Notes under the pieces: model-generated
Told to the model about the DNA's origin: nothing
Seen by the model: only the letters and a program-made list of their open reading frames with translations
The model's database searches: none
Source of the DNA: Candidatus Limnocylindrales bacterium
GTDB taxonomy: Bacteria; Chloroflexota; Limnocylindria; Limnocylindrales; CSP1-4
DNA: 29,108 bases
NCBI GenBank assembly: GCA_044449605.1
Contig: JBIOIE010000001.1
Coordinates: 1 to 29,108, forward strand
Direction: 5' to 3'
In this document: one piece after another, positions 14,969-23,297 of the stretch
Layout of the letters: the number at the start of each line of letters is the position of its first letter
Position numbering within the stretch: position 1 is the stretch's first letter
Made by a program: the position numbers and the translations under genes

Positions 14969-16618
14969 ATGCACCGCCGACTGGCGGTCGGGGCCCTGTG
15001 CCTGGTCCTGATCGCGACTGCGACGGTTCTTCCCCCACTTGCGTCCCGCGCACTGGCCGCGACCTCGTGTACCGGGTGGAAGAGCTCGTATACGCCGCCC
15101 ACGACCATCCGCGTGCTGCGCAGCTATGGGTCCGCCAGCGGCACGGTCCAGACGGTCGACTTCACGGCCTACGTCCAGAACGTCATGGCCTGGGAGTGGC
15201 CGTCCACGTGGCCGACGTCGACCCTCCGGGCGGCCGCCATCGCCGTCAAGCAGTACGCCTGGTATTACACGATGCATTACCGCGGCGGGACCTCCGCGGG
15301 CGGCGCCTGCTACGACGTGAAGGACACCACCGCCGACCAGATCTACCGGCCCGAGACCCGCTCGGCCGCGGCCTCGCACAAGGACGCCGTCGCCGCGACG
15401 TGGCCCATGAGCATCCGCCGGACGAAGAGCGGCGTGGCCGGGACGTTCATCCTGACCGGCTACCGATCGGGCTCCAGCACGGCCTGCGGTGCCGACGCGG
15501 ATGGGTTCCTGCTCTACGGGAAGAGCCTCTACGACTGCGGCAAGAAGGGCAAGACGCTCGAGGAGATCGAGCGCATCTACTACGGCTCGACGCTCCAACC
15601 GACGACCCCCGGCGCCCATCAGATCGCCGATACGCCCTTCGGTGACGCGGGTGCCGTGGTGCCCGCCGCAAGCGGCGTCGACGCGTACGTGCGGACCTCC
15701 ACGGGCGCGGCGTTCGCCGCCACGCTGAGCCCGACCCATGTCGCCATCGACGACGGCGCGACCCTCGGCCGCGTCTCGGCCGACGTCAACGGCGACGGGC
15801 GCGACGAGCTCGTCATCCTCGTCAACGACGGAGCGACGGCCCAGCACGTCGCGGTCCTGACCCCGAACGGCTCGGGCTACGCGGCCCCCGTCACCTGGTG
15901 GGACTCGAAGATCGCGGGCACGTCGTTCCCGTCGCTGATCGCTGGCGCACCGGCCATCCAGCTCCTGGCCGGCGACTTCGACGGCGACGGCACGACCGAC
16001 ATCGCCCTCGTCGTACTGGGGACCGACCCGACCACCGCCACGATCTACCGCTTGCGCTCCACGAAGAGCGGGTTCGAAGCGCTCGTGCCGCTCTACACGG
16101 GCGCGCTCAACCCCACGCTGTCGCGCTTCTACGCTGCCGATACCACCGGTGATGGACGCGCCGACGTCGTGGTCGAGACCGACCTCGGGGTCCTCGGGCT
16201 CAGCTACCAGGTCCTGCCCTCCGGTCCGACCGGGCTGCTCGGCGCGCCGCTGCCCTGGTATTCGGCGGTGGACCTCCTGCGCACCACGACCCAGACGATC
16301 GTGACCGACTTCGATCGCGACGGCCGGGACGATCTCGTCCTGGCGGTCAAGACGGCTACCGGCTTCGCGCTCCTCGGGCTGCCCGCCGGCGCCAGCGCGC
16401 CAGTGACCCTGGCCGCGTCGACCGTGGCCTACGAGCGCATCAAGGTCGGGGCGGGCGACTTCGATGGCGACGGCCGGGGCGACGTCCTCGTCTACACCCG
16501 ACTCGACGGCACGACCGGCACGCGCTTGACCGTCTATGCCTCGACCGGGAGCCTGTTCACCGCGGCGAACTGGCTCGACGACACGAAGCTGACCTGGGCC
16601 ACGCTCGAACCCTACTGA
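14969..16618 (+). CDS. Secreted protein with SpoIID/LytB-like domain + five FG-GAP/VCBS-type repeats
   Basis: Signal peptide; SpoIID-like YVQNVMAWEW...LRAAAIAVKQY...YDVKDTTADQIY; repeats ADVNGDGRDEL, GDFDGDGTTDI, ADTTGDGRADV, TDFDRDGRDDL, GDFDGDGRGDV. Confidence 0.78.
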   Translation: MHRRLAVGALCLVLIATATVLPPLASRALAATSCTGWKSSYTPPTTIRVLRSYGSASGTVQTVDFTAYVQNVMAWEWPSTWPTSTLRAAAIAVKQYAWYYTMHYRGGTSAGGACYDVKDTTADQIYRPETRSAAASHKDAVAATWPMSIRRTKSGVAGTFILTGYRSGSSTACGADADGFLLYGKSLYDCGKKGKTLEEIERIYYGSTLQPTTPGAHQIADTPFGDAGAVVPAASGVDAYVRTSTGAAFAATLSPTHVAIDDGATLGRVSADVNGDGRDELVILVNDGATAQHVAVLTPNGSGYAAPVTWWDSKIAGTSFPSLIAGAPAIQLLAGDFDGDGTTDIALVVLGTDPTTATIYRLRSTKSGFEALVPLYTGALNPTLSRFYAADTTGDGRADVVVETDLGVLGLSYQVLPSGPTGLLGAPLPWYSAVDLLRTTTQTIVTDFDRDGRDDLVLAVKTATGFALLGLPAGASAPVTLAASTVAYERIKVGAGDFDGDGRGDVLVYTRLDGTTGTRLTVYASTGSLFTAANWLDDTKLTWATLEPY

Positions 16619-16986
16619 TCCGCACGATCCTCCAGAAGGGCCCGCCAAGCGGCCTCGTCCGGGCCCGCGACGAAGGCGCGGCCACGGCGGACCAGGGGCA
16701 GGCGCAACAGGCCCGGCTCGGCCAGCAGCCGGGTCAGCCACTCGTCCTCGTCGAGCTTCAGCCAGGCCAGTCCCAGCTCCTGGTAGCGGCGGCCCTCGCG
16801 ATCGACCAGCGCCTCCGCCCCCAGCCGCTCGGCGAACCGGCGCAGCTCGGTCGGAGCCATCGGCCGGCTGGCCAGGTCCACGAAGGCGACCGGGATGCGC
16901 CGCTCCAGGAAGAAGCGCCGGGCGCGCTGGGTGTCGCGGGAGTCCTTGCGCCCGAAGACCTGGACGGATTGCGGGCCGGCGGTCAC
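16612..16986 (-). CDS. ArsC/Spx/MgsR-like family protein
   Basis: VQVFGRKDSRDTQRARRFFLERRI...TELRRF...LLRLPLVR. GTG overlaps the stop of the PTE-like gene. Confidence 0.75.
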   Translation of the reverse strand: MTAGPQSVQVFGRKDSRDTQRARRFFLERRIPVAFVDLASRPMAPTELRRFAERLGAEALVDREGRRYQELGLAWLKLDEDEWLTRLLAEPGLLRLPLVRRGRAFVAGPDEAAWRALLEDRADQ

Positions 16987-17933
16987 GCGTCCGGGGCGGC
17001 AAGGGCGAGCAGGCGGCGTGGGTTCTCGACCGTCATCGTCCGGATGGCTGCCTCGTCCACGCCGGCGGCACGCAGGCGGGGCAGGAACGCCTCGGCGAGG
17101 TAGACGTAGCCGTTGCCCTCGTAGGCCTTCAGCTGCGCGTCGTGGCAGACGTCCTGGCTGAGCAGGATCCGGCCGGCGTAGCCGCGCTCCAGCAGCTCGA
17201 GCAGGAGCCGGACGAGGCGCGGCTCGCCGTGCCGCTCGGTGGGCGTGAAGGCCATGCCCAGGAAGTCGAACTCGACGTTGGCGCCCCGCTCGAGGATGCC
17301 CAGCTGGTATTCGAGGCGCGGGTTGGAGTCTGCGTGGCCGATGACGACGCGCCCGGGGTCGAGACCCTCCTCCTCGAAGACCCGCAGCTGGGCCAGGCCG
17401 ACGTCGGACATCACGGCGTGGGTGGTGACGGCCATGCCCGTCGTCCGGGCAGCCCGGGCGGCGGCCCGATGAACGCGCTCCTCCTCGCCCGTGAGCCAGG
17501 GCTTGTCGGTGCCGATCTCGCCGATGATCCCGGGGCGGATGGCGGTCCCCTCCGCCCCCTCCTCGAACTCGCGGACCAGTTCCGCGGCAAGATCGTCGGC
17601 GCTGCGCCGGCCGATACGGGCCTCGGCCGGGTAATAGGCCTGGCGGTACCAGCCGCAGCCCATCACGAGATGCAGGCCGGTGGCCTCGGCCAACCGTCGC
17701 AGGCGGCCCGGATCGCGGCCGATGCTCTGGAGCGTGACGTCGACCAGGCACGTTCCAGCGAGGTCGCGGAAGCGGCCCAGCTCGGAGGCGATGAGGTCCT
17801 CCTCACCGGTCAGCTGCCAGTAGTCCCAGCGCGCCTCGACCTGCCAGAGCACGCAGCGGGTGTGCTCGTGGGGCAGGGTGAAGCCGATCGACTCGGCCGG
17901 GATGCGGCCGAGGACGGTCTGGATCTCGCTCAA
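16983..17933 (-). CDS. Phosphotriesterase homology protein (PTE/PHP family)
   Basis: IQTVLG, TLPHEH, VDVT, GIIGEIG, TTHA, IGHAD, LLSQD, TVENPRRLL. TTG start overlaps the upstream TGA. Confidence 0.9.
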   Translation of the reverse strand: MSEIQTVLGRIPAESIGFTLPHEHTRCVLWQVEARWDYWQLTGEEDLIASELGRFRDLAGTCLVDVTLQSIGRDPGRLRRLAEATGLHLVMGCGWYRQAYYPAEARIGRRSADDLAAELVREFEEGAEGTAIRPGIIGEIGTDKPWLTGEEERVHRAAARAARTTGMAVTTHAVMSDVGLAQLRVFEEEGLDPGRVVIGHADSNPRLEYQLGILERGANVEFDFLGMAFTPTERHGEPRLVRLLLELLERGYAGRILLSQDVCHDAQLKAYEGNGYVYLAEAFLPRLRAAGVDEAAIRTMTVENPRRLLALAAPDA

Positions 17934-19135
17934 GTCAGCCCGCCGGAAACGAGGCGGCCGTCCTGCCAGACCGCCCGGACGCGGTCGCCGAGGTCGCCGT
18001 AGTCGAAGGGGTCGCCGTCGACGACGACGAGGTCGGCCCGCTTGCCGACCTCGAGCGAACCCAACTCGGCCTCGACCCCGATCAGCTCCGCGGCGTTGCG
18101 GGTCGTGGCCAGCATCGCGTCCAGCGGCGTCATCCCCGCGTCGACCATGAGCTGCAGTTCGCGCAGGTTCCGGCCATGGGGCATCACCCCCGAATCGGTG
18201 CCCATGGCGATCTTGACCCCGGCGGCGATGGCCCGCCTGACGGCCTCGCGATGGACATCGATGAGCTCGCGCGCCTTGCGCAAGCTGGCCTCCGGGATCG
18301 CTGCCCCTGCGGCGGCCATGTCCAGCACACCCTGGGGCGCCATCAGCGTGGGCACGAGCCAGGTGCCCCGCTCCAGCATCAACACGATGGCCTCGTCGTC
18401 CAGGAAGATGCCGTGCTCGATCGAGCGGATCCCTGCCCGCACGGCGGCCTTGATGCCCGGTGCGCCCTGGGCGTGGGCCATCACGTAGAGTCCGGCGGCT
18501 TCCGCCTCCTCCATCAGCACGGCCAGCTCGGCGTCGCGGAAGTGGCCGTGGCGCGGGTCGTCGCGCGGCGAGAGCACGCCGCCGGAGGTGAAGACCTTGA
18601 TGTGGTCCGCCCCGGCTCGGACGATCTCCCGAACTTTGCGGCGCATCTCGTCCGGGCCGTCCACCTTGCCGGAGGGGCTGCCCGGGTAGATGGGCGGGGT
18701 GATGTCGACCCCCGACGCCATCCAGCCGTCGCCGTGGCCCCCGGTCTGGGTGAGCGGCGTGATGGCGATGCGCAAGCGCGGACCGGCGATCAACCCGTCG
18801 GCGACCGCTCGCTTCATGCCCTCATCCGCGCCCGAGGCGTCGCGCACGGTGGTGATGCCGATGGCCAGGGTGCGACGCATGTTCTCGATGGCCAGGTAGA
18901 ACCAGTACGAGAACGGCAGCTCGAGCTTGCGCAGGAGGTTGGCGCCGTCGAAAACGACATGGGTGTGGCAGTCGAAGAGACCCGGCAGGACGGCTCGTCC
19001 GTCAAGCTCCACGCTTTCATCACCGTCCAGGCCGGGCCCGACGGCGACGATCCGCTCGCCCTCGACGGCGATGTCGGCCGGCGCCAGGTCGGCCGTGCCG
19101 TCGAACAGGCGTCCGCCCTTGAAGACCGTGCGCAT
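17930..19135 (-). CDS. Amidohydrolase family protein (metal-dependent hydrolase, Xaa-Pro dipeptidase-like)
   Basis: PGLFDCHTH, TTVRDASG, IKVFTSGG, MAHA, SIEHG, GTDSG, GSLEVGKRADLVVVDGDP. AGGAGG RBS. Confidence 0.9.
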   Translation of the reverse strand: MRTVFKGGRLFDGTADLAPADIAVEGERIVAVGPGLDGDESVELDGRAVLPGLFDCHTHVVFDGANLLRKLELPFSYWFYLAIENMRRTLAIGITTVRDASGADEGMKRAVADGLIAGPRLRIAITPLTQTGGHGDGWMASGVDITPPIYPGSPSGKVDGPDEMRRKVREIVRAGADHIKVFTSGGVLSPRDDPRHGHFRDAELAVLMEEAEAAGLYVMAHAQGAPGIKAAVRAGIRSIEHGIFLDDEAIVLMLERGTWLVPTLMAPQGVLDMAAAGAAIPEASLRKARELIDVHREAVRRAIAAGVKIAMGTDSGVMPHGRNLRELQLMVDAGMTPLDAMLATTRNAAELIGVEAELGSLEVGKRADLVVVDGDPFDYGDLGDRVRAVWQDGRLVSGGLT

Positions 19136-19186
19136 GCGTCCCTCCTGTGTGTGGGGCCATCTTCCCCCACCGGGCGTCGGCGTGTC

Positions 19187-19218
19187 GTGTGCTATAGGAT
19201 GCGCATGGCTTTACACAC
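19187..19218 (+). promoter_or_regulatory. Candidate vapBC promoter/operator palindrome
   Basis: GTGTG-N7-ATGC|GCAT-N7-CACAC imperfect palindrome overlapping a TAGGAT -10 (19195-19200), upstream of the GGAAGGAG RBS of the antitoxin. Confidence 0.55.
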
Positions 19219-19238
19219 TATCGGAAGGAGCGACGGTC

Positions 19239-19508
19239 ATGGCCCTCGCCCGGACGAATCTGACCCTGCCCATCGAACTGATCCGCGAGGTCGACGAGTT
19301 GGCCGGTCCGCGCGGCCGGTCCGCATACGTCGCGGAAGCCGTGCGACTCCGCCTCAAGCGCGATCACCTTCGGCGAACGCTCGATGAGACGTACGGCGCG
19401 GCGAGGGGCAAGTCCGCCTGGCGGGACGCCGACGAAGCGTACCGGTGGCTGCGTTCGCTGCGCGAGGACTCCTCACGCGACGATCGGCTCGGGGGCCTCG
19501 ATCAGTGA
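19239..19508 (+). CDS. Ribbon-helix-helix (CopG/VapB-like) antitoxin
   Basis: 89 aa; RTNLTLPIELIREVDELAGPRGRSAYVAEAVR is an RHH pattern. Strong RBS; stop overlaps the GTG of the PIN gene. Confidence 0.8.
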   Translation: MALARTNLTLPIELIREVDELAGPRGRSAYVAEAVRLRLKRDHLRRTLDETYGAARGKSAWRDADEAYRWLRSLREDSSRDDRLGGLDQ

Positions 19509-19897
19509 GCTACCTCTTCGACACAACGGTCGTGATCGACTGGTCGCTGGCCCGGCCAGGGATCCAGGCCGTCGTCGAGGCATGCATGGCCGAGACGGAC
19601 CTCCTCTACACGTGCGACGTGGTGACCTCTGAAGCGCTCTCAGGTGGCAGTGACGCTGAGCGCGTGATCGTGAAGCACTTCCTCGATGCCCTCGAATTCG
19701 TGGCCCTCGATCCCGACGGTGCAGCGGAGGCGGGTGAGCTTCGGCGCCGGGCCGGACGTACGAGTGGTCGCAGCTTGGGCCACGTCCTCATCGCGGCGCT
19801 CGCCTTACGCCTCGGGGCGACGATCGTCACCCGGAACGAGGCCGACTACACAGGTCTCGGCGTAGCCGTGCTGAGCTACGGGGCTTCAGCCACCTAG
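19505..19897 (+). CDS. PIN-domain (VapC-like) toxin
   Basis: YLFDTTVVID, VTSEAL, LIAALA...TIVTRNEADY; 130 aa, coupled to an RHH gene. Confidence 0.85.
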   Translation: MSYLFDTTVVIDWSLARPGIQAVVEACMAETDLLYTCDVVTSEALSGGSDAERVIVKHFLDALEFVALDPDGAAEAGELRRRAGRTSGRSLGHVLIAALALRLGATIVTRNEADYTGLGVAVLSYGASAT

Positions 19898-20482
19898 ATC
19901 CTCCGGCCGATCGATGTCGCGGCGCCAGGCGCCGACCGGATCGACCGGCCGCCATGCGGCCTCGGGCACGATCACCGGATCGAGCCCGAGGATGACCCCA
20001 AGCAGCGAGCGGTCGTGCGAGCCCAGCGCCGTCCGCGCCGCGGCGAGCGCCGGCGAGCGGCGCAGCGCTGTGGGCAGCGAACGCGGCTCCTCCCCGTCGG
20101 CGAGCACGGCCGCGGAAGCGGTCCCCAGGGCCGAAACCAGCAGCATCAGGAGGGCCGGCCGGAGATCCGGCTGATCGCCGCCGGCGACGAGGACGAGCGG
20201 CGTTTCGGCCGCCTCCAGCCCGGCCAGGAGGCCGGCCACGGGTCCCGCGTCGGGAACCGCATCGCGGACCACCCGCACGGGCACGCCGGCGTCCCAGGGC
20301 AGCGGGGGCTCGGCGCCGGTGGCGGATACGGCGACGATGATGCGGTCGCAGCAGGCCGCGAGGGCCAGGATCGGGTGCTGGAGGAGCGGCCGGCCACGCA
20401 CCTCGGCCGCCAGCTTGTCGCTCCCGAAGCGCTGCGAGCGTCCGCCCGCCAGCACGATGCCGGTGACCCGCGGCTCGTTCAC
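19886..20482 (-). CDS. mobA: Molybdenum cofactor guanylyltransferase
   Basis: GIVLAGGRSQRFGSDKLA, DAVPDAGPVAGLLAGL, LVAGGDQP, DIDRPEDL. Last gene of the FDH operon. Confidence 0.9.
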   Translation of the reverse strand: MNEPRVTGIVLAGGRSQRFGSDKLAAEVRGRPLLQHPILALAACCDRIIVAVSATGAEPPLPWDAGVPVRVVRDAVPDAGPVAGLLAGLEAAETPLVLVAGGDQPDLRPALLMLLVSALGTASAAVLADGEEPRSLPTALRRSPALAAARTALGSHDRSLLGVILGLDPVIVPEAAWRPVDPVGAWRRDIDRPEDLGG

Positions 20483-21468
20483 TCGGGCGCGGGGCGCTCC
20501 TGGACGTACTGCCAGCCGAAGCGTCCCTTGATACAGAGGTGGCCGTTCGTGACCTGCTGGTCGAGCGGCGAGGTGACCTTCACGATGTCGTTGTCCTGGA
20601 CGTGCAGGGTCAGCGTGCAACCGACGCCGCAGTAGGGGCAGATCGTGTCGGTCTGCGACTGGGCCGCCTCAGCCCACGTGCCGGCCGCGCGCATCTCATG
20701 CTCGCTCCGGAACATCAGCGCCCCGGTCGGGCAGACGCCGATGCAGTTGCCGCAGTAGACGCAGGCGGAGTCGGGCAGGCCGACGTTCCACTCGGTCGAG
20801 ATGCGGGCATCGAAACCGCGCCCGGCGACGCCGATGGCGAACGTGTTCTGGGCGTCGACGCCGCAGGCCTCGACGCACTTGTAGCAGAGGATGCACTTGG
20901 CGTAGTCGCGCACGTAGAGCTGGTTGTCGACCTTGACCGGTTGGGCCACCCGGGCCGAAACGGTCCCGTCGGCGGCGATGTGCTCACCGGGCCGGTGTGT
21001 GTCCCGCTCCCCCGCCTGGGCCGGCTCTGCCGGCGGCCCGAATCGGCCGGGGTCGGCGCCGTAGCGCTCCATGTAGGCGGCGACGTCGGGCGCGGTCGAG
21101 AGGTCGACCGACGAACCCAGCAGCTCGAGCACGAGCTTGCGGCTGGTGCGCACCCGGTCGGAGTCGGTCTTGACCTTCATGCCCGCCTCGACCTTGCGCG
21201 AGCAGGCCGGTGCGAGCACCCGGGCGCCCTCGAGCTCGACCACGCAGACGCGGCAGACGTTGACCGGGGTCAGGTTCTCGAGGAAGCAGAGGGTGGGCGT
21301 CTCGATGCCCTCGGCCCGGCAGGCCTCGAGGATCGTCGAGCCCGCCGGCGCCGTGACGGGCTTGCCGTCGATCTCCAGGTCCACCTCGGGCACGGCCGGG
21401 CGCTCGGGAGCGACGGGGATGTGCGTCGACGGCGGCGCCGGCCGGAACCAGATGGGATCCGCGGTCAT
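20479..21468 (-). CDS. FDH alpha N-terminal Fe-S module as a separate protein ([2Fe-2S], 2x[4Fe-4S], Molybdop_Fe4S4)
   Basis: PTLC...CRVCVV...PAC (2Fe-2S); CILCYKCVEAC and CVYCGNCIGVCPTGAL; TICPYCGVGC...HLCIKGRFG. Confidence 0.9.
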   Translation of the reverse strand: MTADPIWFRPAPPSTHIPVAPERPAVPEVDLEIDGKPVTAPAGSTILEACRAEGIETPTLCFLENLTPVNVCRVCVVELEGARVLAPACSRKVEAGMKVKTDSDRVRTSRKLVLELLGSSVDLSTAPDVAAYMERYGADPGRFGPPAEPAQAGERDTHRPGEHIAADGTVSARVAQPVKVDNQLYVRDYAKCILCYKCVEACGVDAQNTFAIGVAGRGFDARISTEWNVGLPDSACVYCGNCIGVCPTGALMFRSEHEMRAAGTWAEAAQSQTDTICPYCGVGCTLTLHVQDNDIVKVTSPLDQQVTNGHLCIKGRFGWQYVQERPAPE

Positions 21469-23297
21469 GCCAGTCCTCCGTGGAGCGCCGAGCCGATAGC
21501 CGCAGCCGCGGTCTGGCCGAGACCGCAGATCGAGGCGTCGCGCATGGCCTGGGCGATCTCGTCGAAGAGGCGCAGCTCGGCCTCCCGCGAGCCGCGCGGC
21601 CGCCCGTCGGCGAGGCGGGCGAGAAGCTCCTCCTGGCGCACGGTGCCGACCCGACAGGGCACGCACTGGCCGCACGACTCGTCGCGGAAGAAGGCCGCGA
21701 TGCGGCGCAGGATGGCGCGCAGGTCGATGGTCTCGTCGAAGACCATGATCACGCCGGAGCCGAGGCTGGCTCCGGCGGCCCTGGTGCCCTCGAAGGTCAG
21801 GGGCATCGCCAGCTGGCCGTCGCCGACGAACGTGCCGGCCGCGCCGCCGAGGAGGATGGCCTGCAGCGTCCGGCCCCCGGCGACGCCACCGGCCATTTGG
21901 AGCAGCTCGCCGAGGGTCGCCCCGAAGGGCACCTCGTAGAGCCCGGGCCTGGCGACGTTGCCGGAGAGGCAGAAGAGCTTCGGGCCGGTCGAGGCTTCGG
22001 TGCCGATCCGCGCGAAAGCCTCGCCGCCGCCGATGACGATGTGGGGCACGTTGGCCAGCGTCTCGATGTTGTTGACGACGGTCGGCTTGCCGAAGAGCCC
22101 GGCCTGCACGGGGAAGGGCGGCTTGTTGCGCGGCTCGCCGCGCCTGCCCTCGATCGAGTTGAAGAGGGCCGTCTCCTCGCCGCAGATGTAGGCGCCGGCG
22201 CCGCGCCGCAGCTCGATGTCGAAGGCCATCCCCTTGCCCATGACATCCGGGCCGAGGAGGCCGGCGGCTCGCGCCGCTTCGATCGCGTTGGCCAGCCGCT
22301 CCCCGGCGAGGGGGTACTCGCCGCGCAGGTAGAGATAGCCGCGCTCGCAGCCCGCGCTGATGCCGGCGATCGTCATCGCCTCGACGATCGTGAAGGGGTC
22401 CTCCTCCATGAGCACCCGGTCCTTGAACGTGCCCGGCTCGGACTCGTCGGCGTTGCAGACGAGGTAGTGCGGGCTGCCCGGGGCGTTGGCCACCGCCTCC
22501 CACTTGCGCCCGGCCGGGAAGGCGGCCCCGCCCCGGCCGACCAGCTTCGAGGCGTTCATTTCGCGGATGACGCCCTGCGGTCCCAGCTCGAAGGCCTTGG
22601 CCAGCGCGTCGTACCCGCCGCTCGCCTGATAGGCATCGAGGCTCGTCGGATCGACCCGGCCGACGCGGGCCAGGAGGCGCAGCCCGGGCTCGCCGGCCTG
22701 GGGCACGATGCGGCGCAGGTCGGCGGTCGCGGTGGCAGGCGCCCGGTCGTGGGCCGCCTCCTCCAGCGCCCCCCGGATCGCAGCGGCATCGGCGGGGGCC
22801 ACGAGGCCCTCGGCCGGCCGCTCCCCGGCGATGGTGACCATGGCCGCCGGGGCCCGCTCGCAGAGGCCGAGGCAGGGGCTGCGCAGCCACGTCGGGGCAG
22901 CATCGGCTCCCGCTCCAGCAGGGCCAGCGGTCCGCTCCAGGTCCGCGCACAGCCGGTCCGCCCCGTTGGCCAGGCAGGCGATGTCGTCGCAGACGTGGAC
23001 GACCGCCCGAGGTCGCGGCGCCAGCGAGAAGAGGGCGTAGAAGCTGGCCACGCCGTAGGCCTCGGCGGGCGGCACGGTCAGCCGCCGGCAGATCTCGTTG
23101 AGTGCCGGCTGGCTGATCCAGCCGACGCGCGATTGGACGGCATGGAGGGCGGGCAGGAGGAGGTGGCGCCGGTCCCTCGCGGCATGGCCGCCGCGCGCGG
23201 CATGGGGTCCATCGCCGGCCGCGCGCGGGCCGACGACCGACTCGATGGCGGCGCGCTCCGCGGGGCTGGGCAGCGGGCCGACGACGTGGAGGTCCAT
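21465..23297 (-). CDS. Fused NuoE/NuoF-like (FDH gamma-beta) diaphorase subunit
   Basis: NuoE part: LLPALHAVQ, VASFY, CDDIAC, CLGLC. NuoF part: GRGGAAFP, NADESEPGTFKDR, GAGAYICGEETAL, ESCGQCVPCR, SICGLG. Confidence 0.92.
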   Translation of the reverse strand: MDLHVVGPLPSPAERAAIESVVGPRAAGDGPHAARGGHAARDRRHLLLPALHAVQSRVGWISQPALNEICRRLTVPPAEAYGVASFYALFSLAPRPRAVVHVCDDIACLANGADRLCADLERTAGPAGAGADAAPTWLRSPCLGLCERAPAAMVTIAGERPAEGLVAPADAAAIRGALEEAAHDRAPATATADLRRIVPQAGEPGLRLLARVGRVDPTSLDAYQASGGYDALAKAFELGPQGVIREMNASKLVGRGGAAFPAGRKWEAVANAPGSPHYLVCNADESEPGTFKDRVLMEEDPFTIVEAMTIAGISAGCERGYLYLRGEYPLAGERLANAIEAARAAGLLGPDVMGKGMAFDIELRRGAGAYICGEETALFNSIEGRRGEPRNKPPFPVQAGLFGKPTVVNNIETLANVPHIVIGGGEAFARIGTEASTGPKLFCLSGNVARPGLYEVPFGATLGELLQMAGGVAGGRTLQAILLGGAAGTFVGDGQLAMPLTFEGTRAAGASLGSGVIMVFDETIDLRAILRRIAAFFRDESCGQCVPCRVGTVRQEELLARLADGRPRGSREAELRLFDEIAQAMRDASICGLGQTAAAAIGSALHGGLA

